Source: Alkalispirochaeta sp. | GTDB lineage: Bacteria; Spirochaetota; Spirochaetia; DSM-27196; Alkalispirochaetaceae | Direction of reading: 5' to 3' | Assembly (NCBI GenBank): GCA_965601925.1 | Contig: OZ271854.1 | Span: 2,080,001 to 2,144,000 of the forward strand | Length of the DNA: 64,000 bases | Shown here: positions 42,824 through 53,159 of the stretch, in pieces | How positions within the stretch are numbered: the stretch's first letter is position 1 | How the letters are laid out: every line of letters starts with the position of its first letter | The notes under the pieces: model-generated | The model's input: the letters and a program-made list of their open reading frames with translations, nothing else | Database searches by the model: none | What the model was told of the DNA's origin: nothing | Translations under genes and position numbers: made by a program

Positions 42824-43657
42824 ATGTCTAATATTGCTCTATTCGGCGCCGGAGGAAAAATGGGATTTAGGTGCGCCCGCAATCTCGCGCAGAGCGAGTA
42901 TGCAGTCGATTACGTGGAAGTGTCCGATACCGGTAAGGATCGTCTGGGCGAACTGGGTGTGAACGTCACCGACGGAGACACGGCCGCTTCGCGCGCCGAT
43001 GTTGTGATACTCGCTGTCCCGGACAAGCGTATCGGCACCATTGCGAACACCGTAGTGCCGCGGATGAAGAGGGGATCGCTCGTGATGATACTCGATCCCG
43101 CGGCACCCCATGGGGGCAAGATTCCCGAACGCGACGGCGTGGGCGTCTTCGTTACCCATCCGTGTCATCCCCCGGTGGTGAACGACGAAACCGATCCGGA
43201 GGCGAAACGAGATTTCTACGGGGGGATCAAGGCCAAGCAGAACATCGTCTGCTCGATGTTCCGGGGTGACGAATCGGACTACGAGTTGGGCGAATCGGTC
43301 GCGCGTACGATCTTCGCTCCGGTGATGCGCAGTCATCGCATAACGGTTGAGCAGATGGCGATACTGGAGCCTGCAATGGCGGAGACGATCACGCTCACCC
43401 TCATGTTCACGATCCGCGAGGCGATGGAGGAGGCGATCAAGGCGGGAGTGCCGGAACAGGCAGCTCGCGACTTCATGCTCGGTCACATTAACGTAAACAT
43501 CGGAATTCTGTTCGGTTTTCTCGGTATCGAAGTCTCCGATGGAGCGAAGCGGGCGGTTGAGCGTGGCCGCTCATCGATTCTCAAGGAGAACTGGCGCGAT
43601 GTTTTCAAGCCCGACCGAGTGATGGAAGAGGTTATGGCCATCGTGAACGCGACGTGA
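42824..43657 (+). CDS. apnO: D-apionate oxidoisomerase (PGDH_C-domain family)
   Basis: IALFGAGGKMG, LAVPD, LDPAAPHGG, THPCHP, QMAILEP, FMLGH, SDGA; GGGGAGG RBS. Confidence 0.88.
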   Translation: MSNIALFGAGGKMGFRCARNLAQSEYAVDYVEVSDTGKDRLGELGVNVTDGDTAASRADVVILAVPDKRIGTIANTVVPRMKRGSLVMILDPAAPHGGKIPERDGVGVFVTHPCHPPVVNDETDPEAKRDFYGGIKAKQNIVCSMFRGDESDYELGESVARTIFAPVMRSHRITVEQMAILEPAMAETITLTLMFTIREAMEEAIKAGVPEQAARDFMLGHINVNIGILFGFLGIEVSDGAKRAVERGRSSILKENWRDVFKPDRVMEEVMAIVNAT

Positions 43658-44451
43658 AAATCGGAATCGGTACGTATACGCTGCCGTGGGCGTTCGGAAT
43701 CGGCGACTATCCGCGTCCACGCGATCCGATGACCGCTGATGCACTCCTTGACATAGCGCATGCGGAGGGCGTGGACGTTGTTCAGATCGCCGACAACGTG
43801 TCGCTTCACGAGCTTCCGGCGGAAGACGTTCGATCTCTATCCGAGAAAGCGAAGCGACTTGGTATCGAGGTTGAGCTCGGCACGCGCGGCATCGAACCGT
43901 CACAGATCCGCACCTACATTGAACTCTGCCGGCAGTGCAGCGCGCGTACGCTGCGCTCGGTGCCGGGGCCGCGGGCGAATGTAGACCGGATCGAGCGACA
44001 GGTCGCCGACGTAGTCGAAGAGCTCGCGAATGCCGGCGTAACGCTCTGCATCGAGAACTATGAGGGGGTATCCGTACGCGCCCTCGCCGAGATCGTACGA
44101 AGGATCGGCTCGCCGTCGGTCCGAATCTGTCTCGATTCCCTCAACTCTCTCGGGCGAGGCGAAGGCTTCGAGGAGGTGGTGAACTCCCTCGGCCGGTTGA
44201 CGGCGAATCTGCATGTAAAGGATTATAATGTGGAACGACTCGATCACCGCCTCGGCTTCCTCGTCTCCGGCAGACCGGCAGGCGAGGGCGATTTGCCGTT
44301 ACGCGATCTGATTTCGCGCGTGCCGCGGTCGTGTAACGCCGTCGTCGAGCTATGGACGCCCTGGCAGGGCGATATAGCGTCTACGTGCGAACAGGAGCGC
44401 CGGTGGATGAGACGAAGCATCACGAACCTGAGGAAGATACTGCATGAGTAG
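43654..44451 (+). CDS. oiaC: Xylose-isomerase-like TIM-barrel protein, probable 3-oxo-isoapionate decarboxylase
   Basis: IGIGTY...W, VQIAD, ELGTRG, IENYE, CLDSLNS..GE, NLHVKD, VVELW; coupled to apnO. Confidence 0.65.
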   Translation: MKIGIGTYTLPWAFGIGDYPRPRDPMTADALLDIAHAEGVDVVQIADNVSLHELPAEDVRSLSEKAKRLGIEVELGTRGIEPSQIRTYIELCRQCSARTLRSVPGPRANVDRIERQVADVVEELANAGVTLCIENYEGVSVRALAEIVRRIGSPSVRICLDSLNSLGRGEGFEEVVNSLGRLTANLHVKDYNVERLDHRLGFLVSGRPAGEGDLPLRDLISRVPRSCNAVVELWTPWQGDIASTCEQERRWMRRSITNLRKILHE

Positions 44452-45160
44452 CACAAGCAAACGACCGACCGCCGTCGAAGAGGTGATGCATTCGGTCATC
44501 TCGCGCATACGGAGCGGCGAGCTTCTCCCCGGCGACCAACTACCGAACGAACAACAGATTGCTCTCGAGAACGGGGTCGGGCGTGGTTCGGTGCGAGAGG
44601 CGATGCGCATCTTGCGGTCGCTGGGAGTCGTCTCGGTCCGACACGGTGACGGGACGTTTGTATCACCTCCGGGAGAGTTACCGTACTTCGAGCCGCTCTT
44701 AGTCCGCCTGCTCCTCGACGGACCGACGATGGATCAACTTCGCGAGCTCAGGCTCGTCGTCGAATGGGGGATGCTCCCACTCATTCTCTCGAATCGGACG
44801 ACCGAGGACTTGGAAGCGCTCGCCAAGGCGGTGACGACGTTGCGAGACGAGGCGTCCCTCGCCGACACGTCGGCGAGTCGTCTGGTCGAACTCGACCTTG
44901 CGTTCCATCGCGCCCTTGCCGATGCCACGCACAATCCGGCCGTGGCAAGGCTCTATCGGACGATTATGGAACTCTATACACCGGCAATTGCCGGCGCGTA
45001 CGAATCGCATGAACCCGCTTCCGCCGGGGCCCAGCTCCACGAATCCCTGCTGACGGCAATCGGCTCACGGGACCGAAGTGCCGCCGAGGAGTCGCTCCGC
45101 GACGCCGCCGGCGCGTGGGGTGCGTGGAAAGAGCGAAGCGATCCCAATTCATCTATGTGA
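44444..45160 (+). CDS. FadR/GntR family transcriptional regulator
   Basis: PGDQLPNE...GVGRGSVREA...GDGTFV wHTH; FCD domain DLAFHRALADATHN. Confidence 0.93.
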   Translation: MSSTSKRPTAVEEVMHSVISRIRSGELLPGDQLPNEQQIALENGVGRGSVREAMRILRSLGVVSVRHGDGTFVSPPGELPYFEPLLVRLLLDGPTMDQLRELRLVVEWGMLPLILSNRTTEDLEALAKAVTTLRDEASLADTSASRLVELDLAFHRALADATHNPAVARLYRTIMELYTPAIAGAYESHEPASAGAQLHESLLTAIGSRDRSAAEESLRDAAGAWGAWKERSDPNSSM

Positions 45161-45200
45161 GGCGAACGCACCTTTCACGACTACGTAGCGAGAAAACAAG

Positions 45201-46157
45201 CTACTCCGCCCTCACGCTCTTTTTGCTCGCAATAAAAAGTACCAGTATTATTAACAGGCCGGTGAGGATATTCTGACCTCCGATTCTCATTCCCGCGACT
45301 TGCATGGTGGTTACCAGGATGGTGAGAAAGAGACTTCCGATAAGCGTACCCAAAGGCACCGCCCTCCCGCCCGAAATCAGGGAACCTCCGACGACGACGC
45401 TCGCCACACTCTGCAACAGGTAGGGGTCTCCCAAACCGAGAAAGGCTCCGCCTACGCGAGCGGCGATCATTATACCGCCGAACGCGGCAAGGACTCCGCT
45501 GAACATGTAGGCGATGGATTGAATCATCACGACATTGACGCCCGCCAGTCGGGCGGCTCTGACGTTCTGCCCCAGAGCGATGAGATTCCTTCCGAATTTC
45601 GTGTAGCGGAGTAGAAAGGTCAGCAGTGTTACAAGAACGAGGGCGACGATAAGGATGGTAGGAAGCACTCCGAAAACACGGTTTCGCGACACGCGAAGAA
45701 GCAACGGCGAAACATCAAAGGCTCTGAAGTTCCTATTATACAAGAGTATCGCCGTTGTGACGATGTAACTCATACCCAAGGTAGCGATGATAGGCGGTAT
45801 ATTCAGAAAGAGTACATTAATTGAGTTCAAAAAACCGATTGCGGCTCCTATGACCAACACGAACGGAATGACATAGATCAGATTGGCGTCACTTCCGTTG
45901 ATCATCCCGGTCGAAACAAAGGCCGCGAGGGTTATCACACTTGGAATTGAGAGATCGATAGCCCCACCGCCGGTGGTGATTACTATCATTTGACCCATCG
46001 CCACAATCGCCAAAAACGACGCGGTCGTCGAGATGGCGATCAGACTTTCCAAATTCAGTCCACCCGAAAAAAGGCCGAGCAGTGACCACAGTACGATCGA
46101 CCCCACCAACGGCCAAATCCAAGACTTTTCGGAAAGTGCCCTAAACACTGCCTTCAT
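45201..46157 (-). CDS. Sugar ABC transporter permease (RbsC-type)
   Basis: GGAIDLS, IPPIIATL, GQNVRAARLAGV, SVVVGG..ISGG. Confidence 0.92.
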   Translation of the reverse strand: MKAVFRALSEKSWIWPLVGSIVLWSLLGLFSGGLNLESLIAISTTASFLAIVAMGQMIVITTGGGAIDLSIPSVITLAAFVSTGMINGSDANLIYVIPFVLVIGAAIGFLNSINVLFLNIPPIIATLGMSYIVTTAILLYNRNFRAFDVSPLLLRVSRNRVFGVLPTILIVALVLVTLLTFLLRYTKFGRNLIALGQNVRAARLAGVNVVMIQSIAYMFSGVLAAFGGIMIAARVGGAFLGLGDPYLLQSVASVVVGGSLISGGRAVPLGTLIGSLFLTILVTTMQVAGMRIGGQNILTGLLIILVLFIASKKSVRAE

Positions 46158-48570
46158 ACCTTCTGTTTCTCAAAAGACGGGTGGCAAGAATGGTCAGAAG
46201 AATCAGTCCCTGCACAGCCGTGACATAACTTGAGCTCAGTCGCATGAATCCCAAGAGTGCGCCGACCAAAGAGAGCGTAACGGCACCGATAATTGTACCT
46301 ACCGGGGAGACGAACCCACCGAGTAGTTTACTGCCCCCCATCACCACCGCCGCAATGGTCAGCATGGTGTAGGATGCCGTGGAGTTGGCGTCCGATGCCC
46401 CGGTATAGGTGGTTATCGCCATTCCGCCTATGGTAGCGAAAAACGCCGCAATGCAGTATCCGCCGATGTAGGCCGAGACCGTACGCCATCCACTGTTTTC
46501 CATCGCAGCGGGATTGTTTCCAAATCCTCGTAACGCCGTACCGTATTTGGATCTATAGAAAAAGAATATCGCCGCGCTGATAAGGAGGATCAACACGATA
46601 CTCTGGGGAATCGGAAAATCGAGGCGAAAGAGTCCTGTCAACCACTCCGGCGACGATCCGCCGGGCCTATCTTGGATGGTGTACGCGATACCGGTCCAGA
46701 CAAACGACATTCCCATAGTGACGATCACCGCGGGAATTTTTCGAACATAGATTAACGCGCCCATAAGGCCGTACACCGCTATCGAGAGGCACAGAAAGAG
46801 AGCACCCAACAGCGGATTTTCAACCAAAATGGTGGCGCAGAGAACGTTGACGAGGCCCATATAGGCACCTACGCTGAGATCGACATGGCTCAAGCCGATA
46901 ATGAGCATCTGGCAGACCGCCGCACAGACCAGGGGTATGGAACCGGTGAGAAGAAGATCGACGCCGAACCAGGTAAAGACGTTTCTTTGATAGAGGCCGC
47001 TTACGACAAAAACCAGTGCCAGCGCCACTGCCGGTACGACCAAATTCATTTCAAAAGGAATACGCGTTTGTTCTTTTCGTCCCCCGCGCTTTAAGAGGTC
47101 TTCACCCTTGAAGCTCGATTCAACGATGTGTGCCTTTGATATGTCCGCTCGATTCAGCTCATCGACGACATGGCCGTAACGAAAGACCAGTACTCTGGTA
47201 CAATTGAGGAACTCGTCGTCTTCCGTGCTGTACCACACGACAAGTTTACCGTTCTCCGCCGCTTCCCTAAAAAGGGCGTACATCTGTTGTTTTGTATCGA
47301 CGTCGACTCCCTTCGTCGGATCGTCCAAAAAAATGATGTCGGAGTCGGAAATCAGCGATCTGGCGACCAACACCTTTTGCTGGTTTCCCCCGGAAAGGGA
47401 AAGAATCCCCGAATCCACGGTGTCGGCCTTGATGCGCAGTCTTTCGAACCAATGCTTCGCCCTTCCGGCGATCTCCTTTACGTCGATCGGTTTGAAGAGC
47501 GATAGCTTGTTGTACTCCGTGATTCCGATGTTGTCTTTCACGGGCCAGAGAGGAAAGATTCCCTCTTTTCTTCTGTCTCCGCTGATGTAACAGATGTCGT
47601 GGCTCTTTTTGATCGACCTCTTTGATAATCCGGTGGGAGAAAAAAAGATCTCCTTCATGAAATCTTGTTGGCCGTTTCCGTCGAGGCCCGATATGCCGAT
47701 CAACTCCCCGCCGTTTAGCCGACATCGGATGTCGTGGAGTCTCCTCGTGTTGAGATTTTCGACGACGATCTCTACCTTCGAATTGATGCGAGACTCTATC
47801 AACCCACTTTCAATCTCCGGGTTGACCCGTTCGTCACGCGTCATTTTTTCCACAAGGAACGATTCGCTCACATCCCGATTTTCACCCGCCCACTCGATGG
47901 AGCCGTTTCTCATTACAACGAACCGACTCGCGATGCTGAGAACCTCTTTGAGCCTATGGGTAACCAAGATGATGGAAACGCCACGCTCCGACAGCTTCTT
48001 TAAATAGGCTAAGAGCTGTTCGGTTTCATTACTTCCGAGGGATGACGTCGGTTCGTCCAGTATCAGTAGTTTGAGATCCGTTACGCTGACCGCCCTGGCT
48101 ATCTCCACCATCTGTCTCTGATTTATAGGCATCTCTTGAATCAGCTGAGACGAATTGATGCCGTTTCCAGGAAAGGCGTCGTTCAATGCACGGCGCGTTT
48201 TGTCGGAGACGGCGTTTCTCCATCGTTGCGTTCCTTTGTAGAGATCGTGATGCTCGATGAAGAAGTTTTCGCGGACGTCGAGATTGGAACACAACGAGAG
48301 CTCTTGGTATACCACGCGTATTCCCATTCTGCTTGCGGAACGGGGAGAGTAGTGCTCGGGGTCAACGCCACGGCCACCGATCGTTACGAGACCGCCGTCC
48401 GGCCGCGTGACTCCGGAGACGACACGGCCCAGTGTGCTTTTACCGGCTCCGTTGGACCCGATTAGACCGATGATCTCGCCGGGGTTGACGGCCAGAGAGA
48501 CGCCCTTCAGGGCCGTCGTAGCCCCGTATTGTTTCCTGATGCCTGCGATTTCGATGAAACTGTCAGCCAT
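46141..48570 (-). CDS. Fused sugar ABC ATPase (RbsA-type, two NBDs) + permease
   Basis: GSNGAGKS, LILDEPTSSL, LSGGNQQK, DDPTKGVD, followed in frame by a hydrophobic permease (VDLSVG, AAVVMGG). Confidence 0.9.
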   Translation of the reverse strand: MADSFIEIAGIRKQYGATTALKGVSLAVNPGEIIGLIGSNGAGKSTLGRVVSGVTRPDGGLVTIGGRGVDPEHYSPRSASRMGIRVVYQELSLCSNLDVRENFFIEHHDLYKGTQRWRNAVSDKTRRALNDAFPGNGINSSQLIQEMPINQRQMVEIARAVSVTDLKLLILDEPTSSLGSNETEQLLAYLKKLSERGVSIILVTHRLKEVLSIASRFVVMRNGSIEWAGENRDVSESFLVEKMTRDERVNPEIESGLIESRINSKVEIVVENLNTRRLHDIRCRLNGGELIGISGLDGNGQQDFMKEIFFSPTGLSKRSIKKSHDICYISGDRRKEGIFPLWPVKDNIGITEYNKLSLFKPIDVKEIAGRAKHWFERLRIKADTVDSGILSLSGGNQQKVLVARSLISDSDIIFLDDPTKGVDVDTKQQMYALFREAAENGKLVVWYSTEDDEFLNCTRVLVFRYGHVVDELNRADISKAHIVESSFKGEDLLKRGGRKEQTRIPFEMNLVVPAVALALVFVVSGLYQRNVFTWFGVDLLLTGSIPLVCAAVCQMLIIGLSHVDLSVGAYMGLVNVLCATILVENPLLGALFLCLSIAVYGLMGALIYVRKIPAVIVTMGMSFVWTGIAYTIQDRPGGSSPEWLTGLFRLDFPIPQSIVLILLISAAIFFFYRSKYGTALRGFGNNPAAMENSGWRTVSAYIGGYCIAAFFATIGGMAITTYTGASDANSTASYTMLTIAAVVMGGSKLLGGFVSPVGTIIGAVTLSLVGALLGFMRLSSSYVTAVQGLILLTILATRLLRNRRYEGSV

Positions 48571-48641
48571 TCTGTTTGAAGGGGCATCGGACGGCGCCCG
48601 CGTTCTCAACCGAGGGACACGATCCGATACCGGGCTTTACG

Positions 48642-49670
48642 CTACTGATTGAGAATGTTGGTGTACACCCATCCCTCGTCGTAGTTCTGGGCGATGACCG
48701 TACCGGGATCGATGCCTCGATATAGGTCCAAACCGTCGTTGGTCAAGGCCACCAGGGGCATCATCATCAAGTTCGGCACATCTCGTCCCTCAAGTATTCC
48801 CAGGGATAGCCAAAAAGCTACGGCTCCTATGCTCGGCTCAGTGCCGAGACTGATGGTTTCGTAGCCGTTTGTCTCGGTTTCCTCGATCCACCATCGAATA
48901 AACTCCGCCCGGTTGCCGCCGATAACGACGGGAATTTCTCTGCCCGCAGCCTCATACGCCTGAACGACCCCGTAGGCGCCGCCCATGGTGATAACCGCAT
49001 CGATATCACCGAGGCTCGGCAGGACGTTGGCCACCGCATTCTGCGTCGTCGGTGTATCCGCTTCTCCGTTTACTTCGGCAACGACTTCGATTCCGGGATT
49101 CTCGCTGAGAACGCTGGTCACCCCGGCGTAGTAGCCGATCTCGGGAGCCGAACCCTGGATCCCCCTGACGATGAGTACTCTGGCCTCTCCACCGAACCGA
49201 TCCACGATGTACTGAGTTTGAATTGACCCCCAGCTTTCAAAATCGTAATCCAGCTTGTAGGCGTTGTCGCTCGTAACGATTGAGTCGAACGCGATCACCT
49301 CGATACCTTGCTGAACCGCTTGATCGATCACACCGTTCAATGCCGTGGGCGAAGCCGCGTTGATGCAAATTGCGTCAACGCCGCTCAGAATGAGACTGTT
49401 CATCTGAGCTATCTGCTGATTTTGAGTTCCGTCACCGTTTGCCACAATGAAATCGGCGATCAATCCGCGCTCTTTAGCTTCGTTGGCCGCTTCTTCAAAA
49501 GCATCGACCATCTGTTTCCGCCATGAGTTCCCGTAGAATGAGTTTGATAAGGCGATTACGTAACCATCGTCCTCTTCTTCCGGCGCACCCTCGGAACTCC
49601 CCCCGGCCGTCAGAAGCGCGCAGGGTATCAGAAGAAGGAAAAGCACACTCCAATTTCTTTTGATAATCAT
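48642..49670 (-). CDS. Sugar ABC transporter substrate-binding protein (PBP type 1)
   Basis: Signal peptide ending AGGSSE; IALSNSFYGNSWRKQM, GVDAICINAASP, VIAFDS. Confidence 0.92.
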   Translation of the reverse strand: MIIKRNWSVLFLLLIPCALLTAGGSSEGAPEEEDDGYVIALSNSFYGNSWRKQMVDAFEEAANEAKERGLIADFIVANGDGTQNQQIAQMNSLILSGVDAICINAASPTALNGVIDQAVQQGIEVIAFDSIVTSDNAYKLDYDFESWGSIQTQYIVDRFGGEARVLIVRGIQGSAPEIGYYAGVTSVLSENPGIEVVAEVNGEADTPTTQNAVANVLPSLGDIDAVITMGGAYGVVQAYEAAGREIPVVIGGNRAEFIRWWIEETETNGYETISLGTEPSIGAVAFWLSLGILEGRDVPNLMMMPLVALTNDGLDLYRGIDPGTVIAQNYDEGWVYTNILNQ

Positions 49671-49686
49671 AGAATCCCCTGAAGAA

Positions 49687-49715
49687 ATCATACATCATAT
49701 GTCCGACGAATACAA
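49687..49715 (-). promoter_or_regulatory. Promoter of ABC importer (TTGTAT-N17-TATGAT) with operator-like 7-nt repeats
   Basis: Spacer contains CGTCGGA-CATATGA-TGTATGA, similar to the apnL operator. Confidence 0.5.
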
Positions 49716-50219
49716 CGTTTTTCTCGTCCGTATCGCGACTTGATGCCTGATGATGATCGGTGCTTATTCGGACGTGCGACGTTGCGCCCCCCGGCAGATT
49801 CCGGTCGGAATGGGCGCGCTCGCGGAAGGCGAGGAGCTTGCGAGGACCAAGCGTCCTCGCTATTCGGTGATCTGCAAGCCGCGCATTACGCCGATTTCGA
49901 ACCGTACGTGACTCCCAAGTCGCCCCGTGCGTCGTCGAACACCGGGAGCTCAAGAAGCGCGTAGTCGATTCCGGTTGCGGTATTGCGTACCAAAATGGGC
50001 CGCGGACTGCGTATTCGAACGGATCGAGTAGCCCGGTAGCCCCGCAGCTGATGAACGTGCATCGCCGCGGCGGACGCGCCGTCGGCGTCACCAACAAGGA
50101 GCGGCGGAGACGCCTCCGGCAGCGGTGTATGTGCGGGCACTCAACACAAACGCTGGAGTTCCGCTCTCCGATCGGGATAGAACCCGAGCGCGTCGAATGA
50201 GCGTGAGGGGTGTGACGTC

Positions 50220-51053
50220 TCATGTAACCGTTTTTCCGGCAGTCCGGCGTTCGGCAAAGAGCTCACGATCCCGAACCGCGATGATCGTCGCAACCGCGGC
50301 CAGGACGGCCGTCTGGATCATCTTGGTAGTCTGCGTTATCGCCAACAACTCCTGCGACAGGTTGATTGCGAGGTGGAAGACGATGGCCACCGGGATGCTC
50401 TTTCCGTTTCGCGCCCAGACCCAGTTGATGATCACACCGAGAGGAACGATAGCGACGAAGAAGTTTATCGCGTAGAGCCGGTTCTGCTGGAGAATCTCGT
50501 ACTGATACGAGTCCCGCACAAAGAGGAGCGGAGCGTGCCACACCGACCAAAGGATACCGAAAATGAGCGATGCCTTGAGGTAGCCGTAACGGCTCTGCAG
50601 GCTGTCGAACGCGTATCCCCGCCAACCCAGCTCCTCGAACGTCGCGGCCATGAGGAGTAGGAGCAGCACCGGTACGGAACCGGTGGAGAACGAGAAGCCC
50701 CCGGTCGGTTGGAACTGGCTCAACGGTCCGCCCACCGTCAGCGACAGGAGAGCCGACACAACTACAACCAGCGGCATGAGAAAGAGTATTACCGGGACCA
50801 TACGAAGGCGAATGAGCCGTAGGTTAAAGAGCCGGTTCAGGAAGTCCCGGCGCATCTGCCGCTCACCCGATGAAAACGTCATGACCGCGGAGACGATACA
50901 CGGCGCCATAAGGCCGGGAAGCATAAAGACCATGTAGAGCCCTTGCAGGCGCTCATGAAAGCTGGCGTAGGCGCCGGCAAACCAGAACGCGAAGGACGCG
51001 GTGAAGGTGACGGCGAAGTACCGGACGGGTTTGTACGTTTTGGTAGATATCAT
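50220..51053 (-). CDS. CPBP/Abi (CAAX protease-like) intramembrane metalloprotease
   Basis: FEELGWRGY, WSVWHAP, VFHLAIN; GAGGAGG RBS. Confidence 0.92.
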   Translation of the reverse strand: MISTKTYKPVRYFAVTFTASFAFWFAGAYASFHERLQGLYMVFMLPGLMAPCIVSAVMTFSSGERQMRRDFLNRLFNLRLIRLRMVPVILFLMPLVVVVSALLSLTVGGPLSQFQPTGGFSFSTGSVPVLLLLLMAATFEELGWRGYAFDSLQSRYGYLKASLIFGILWSVWHAPLLFVRDSYQYEILQQNRLYAINFFVAIVPLGVIINWVWARNGKSIPVAIVFHLAINLSQELLAITQTTKMIQTAVLAAVATIIAVRDRELFAERRTAGKTVT

Positions 51054-51070
51054 CGTTATGCCTCCTCGAA

Positions 51071-51910
51071 TCAAAACGCATAGAAGGTGGAAAGGACGAG
51101 TGTCGTCTGGAGACGCTCCGTGGTGTATGGTGCGTCCGCGGCGTCGCCGAGCAGGATCGTTCCTCCGAGTTGCGTTGAGAGCCCGAAATGGTCGGTTACC
51201 ATGTACTCTGCGCCGAGGACCGCGCGTACGGACCGGAGGCCCCGGTTCGCGTCGAAGCGCGGGAGTTCGCTCGTTTCACGTTCCAACGAGTACCACGCGT
51301 CGGCGTACCTGTCGTCCATCCAGTCGAGGAGCGCAACGGCCTCGACCGATAGCCGATCGGTGAGGGGTAACGCGACGAGATACATCACCGAGAGCAGAGA
51401 ACCGTGGTGAACGCCGTCCTCACCGCGTCCCGGCGGATAGTCCACCCGGACGGGACGATACCCGTACACGGCCCCGATAATACCGATCGGCGTGAGGCAG
51501 CCGATCGTCGCATCCGCGATCACCATCTCGTTGACGTCGGGGGTATCGGAAAGGCGCGTCTCGGTTCGATCGCTGTACGATTCAGGGTACGAAAGGGTTC
51601 CGACCCATTCCCGCAGACGCGACGCACCCACGTTCACCGATGCCGCCGCCAAGATACCCGTGTCCCCGTCGAAGAGCGTCAATCCCACGCCGTCCGTCGA
51701 CGAAGCGGAGAGCGACACTATCCCGCGGGACCAGTTCACGGCCACATCGGGCAGCGCCGCCACGATGTACTCGTCGGCTCCCTCATAGACCGGCACACCG
51801 GCCACACCCGCACCGACGCGAAACGACCAGCCCTCGTCGGCGCCGACTATCGCATTGCCCAGGATCGCGCACATTGCGAACGCGATCACCGTTCGACCAT
51901 TGGTTCCCAT
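51071..51910 (-). CDS. MipA/OmpV family outer-membrane protein
   Basis: Signal peptide, VGAGV..VPVYEGAD, LLGDAADAP, terminal YAF. Confidence 0.82.
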   Translation of the reverse strand: MGTNGRTVIAFAMCAILGNAIVGADEGWSFRVGAGVAGVPVYEGADEYIVAALPDVAVNWSRGIVSLSASSTDGVGLTLFDGDTGILAAASVNVGASRLREWVGTLSYPESYSDRTETRLSDTPDVNEMVIADATIGCLTPIGIIGAVYGYRPVRVDYPPGRGEDGVHHGSLLSVMYLVALPLTDRLSVEAVALLDWMDDRYADAWYSLERETSELPRFDANRGLRSVRAVLGAEYMVTDHFGLSTQLGGTILLGDAADAPYTTERLQTTLVLSTFYAF

Positions 51911-52021
51911 CTAAACCTCCTCAAAGGGTGTAATGGGTAAACGATAGAGCGGGTGCGGGACCGGCGGTATCGAACAAACGTCGTGAAACGGGGTGAAATT
52001 CCTACGATTTACGTCGTACTT

Positions 52022-53041
52022 CTACGATCGGATGACGTTGATCAACTCAACGCGGCTGCGGGCGCCCGCTTTCCGGTAGAGGTTGTAGATGTGCGTTCGA
52101 ACGGTCGCGGGAGAGATGTTAAGTTCGGCGGCCATCTCCTTATTGGTGAGTCCCCGGGCGATTAGAACGGCGATGTCGGTCTCCCGGGTGGAGAGTCCGA
52201 GCTCGTGAACGCGCCTCTCGGGAATCCTCTCAAAGAGCGGGGTGCCTTCGGCGGCCGGCCGGAAGAGGTGTACGGCGGCTCCCATCGATACGACATTCCA
52301 GGCGGCAAAGAAGAGATGGTCGAGGGATATATAGGCGAGCCGGGGGATTTCGGCGGCCTCCACGGCAAACTCGATCACGCCGATTGGGGCGAAGATAAGG
52401 GAGATTACCCCGTAACGGCGCACGAGGGCGCGCATGGGTGCCGGTTCGGAACGGGGCACGCCTCTCAGCGCCGTGGTCCCGAACCCCGCCATTCCCAGCC
52501 CGAAGGCGGCCATGCTTCCGAGGTCCCAAGCGCGGACGACTCCGTCCGCGGCGAGCACCGGCCGGCCGATAGCCGAGGCGACGTAGAAGAGAAGGTCCAA
52601 GACGGCCGCCGCAAGAGCCAGGCCTACGCCGAATCGCGCAGCCACGATCAATGCGTCGCGGCGAATAGGCCTCGGCGCTACGCGTCGAACCAGCGCCACG
52701 ACCAGCGTCCAGACGGCGATCGACAGGATCATGATCAGTGTGATGAGCGTGGCCTCCACCGCCGGTGCGAGCCCGCCCGGTTGAGCGATACCGGAGAAGT
52801 ACGCAACGATAAGACCCGTCGCCACCAGGAATGCGAGTTGAAAGGCCAACAGCGGTTGAATCAGTCTCCCACGAACACGCATGCTCAAGAGAAGCAGCGC
52901 CGTGCCGCCCATGAACCCGGTAGCAAAGAAGAGAACGTAGAACCCGATTAGTACTCGCTCCACGCGCAACTCTACCCTGGGAGGGATGATCAGTGCACGT
53001 ACGGACGACAACGGCGTCGACCGGAGGCGTTCGATGGCCAT
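52022..53041 (-). CDS. Membrane-anchored LuxR-family transcriptional regulator
   Basis: Multiple TM segments + LSTRETDI...GLTNKEMA..LNISPATVRTHIYNLYRK. Confidence 0.87.
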   Translation of the reverse strand: MAIERLRSTPLSSVRALIIPPRVELRVERVLIGFYVLFFATGFMGGTALLLLSMRVRGRLIQPLLAFQLAFLVATGLIVAYFSGIAQPGGLAPAVEATLITLIMILSIAVWTLVVALVRRVAPRPIRRDALIVAARFGVGLALAAAVLDLLFYVASAIGRPVLAADGVVRAWDLGSMAAFGLGMAGFGTTALRGVPRSEPAPMRALVRRYGVISLIFAPIGVIEFAVEAAEIPRLAYISLDHLFFAAWNVVSMGAAVHLFRPAAEGTPLFERIPERRVHELGLSTRETDIAVLIARGLTNKEMAAELNISPATVRTHIYNLYRKAGARSRVELINVIRS

Positions 53042-53159
53042 CGCGCTCTTCCACGGCGGGAAGTTCGCGGGATCGCGGGCTTGTCGGAGGTTGACACCCG
53101 GAGGGGCTTTTTAGGGCGGAATGCGGGGAGGAGGAAGCCGAACGGACTCTACGATCGTC

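Noticed and set aside
49886..50140. 84-aa minus-strand ORF between CPBP gene and ABC promoter
   Set aside because: No RBS or recognisable motif; at most a gene remnant.
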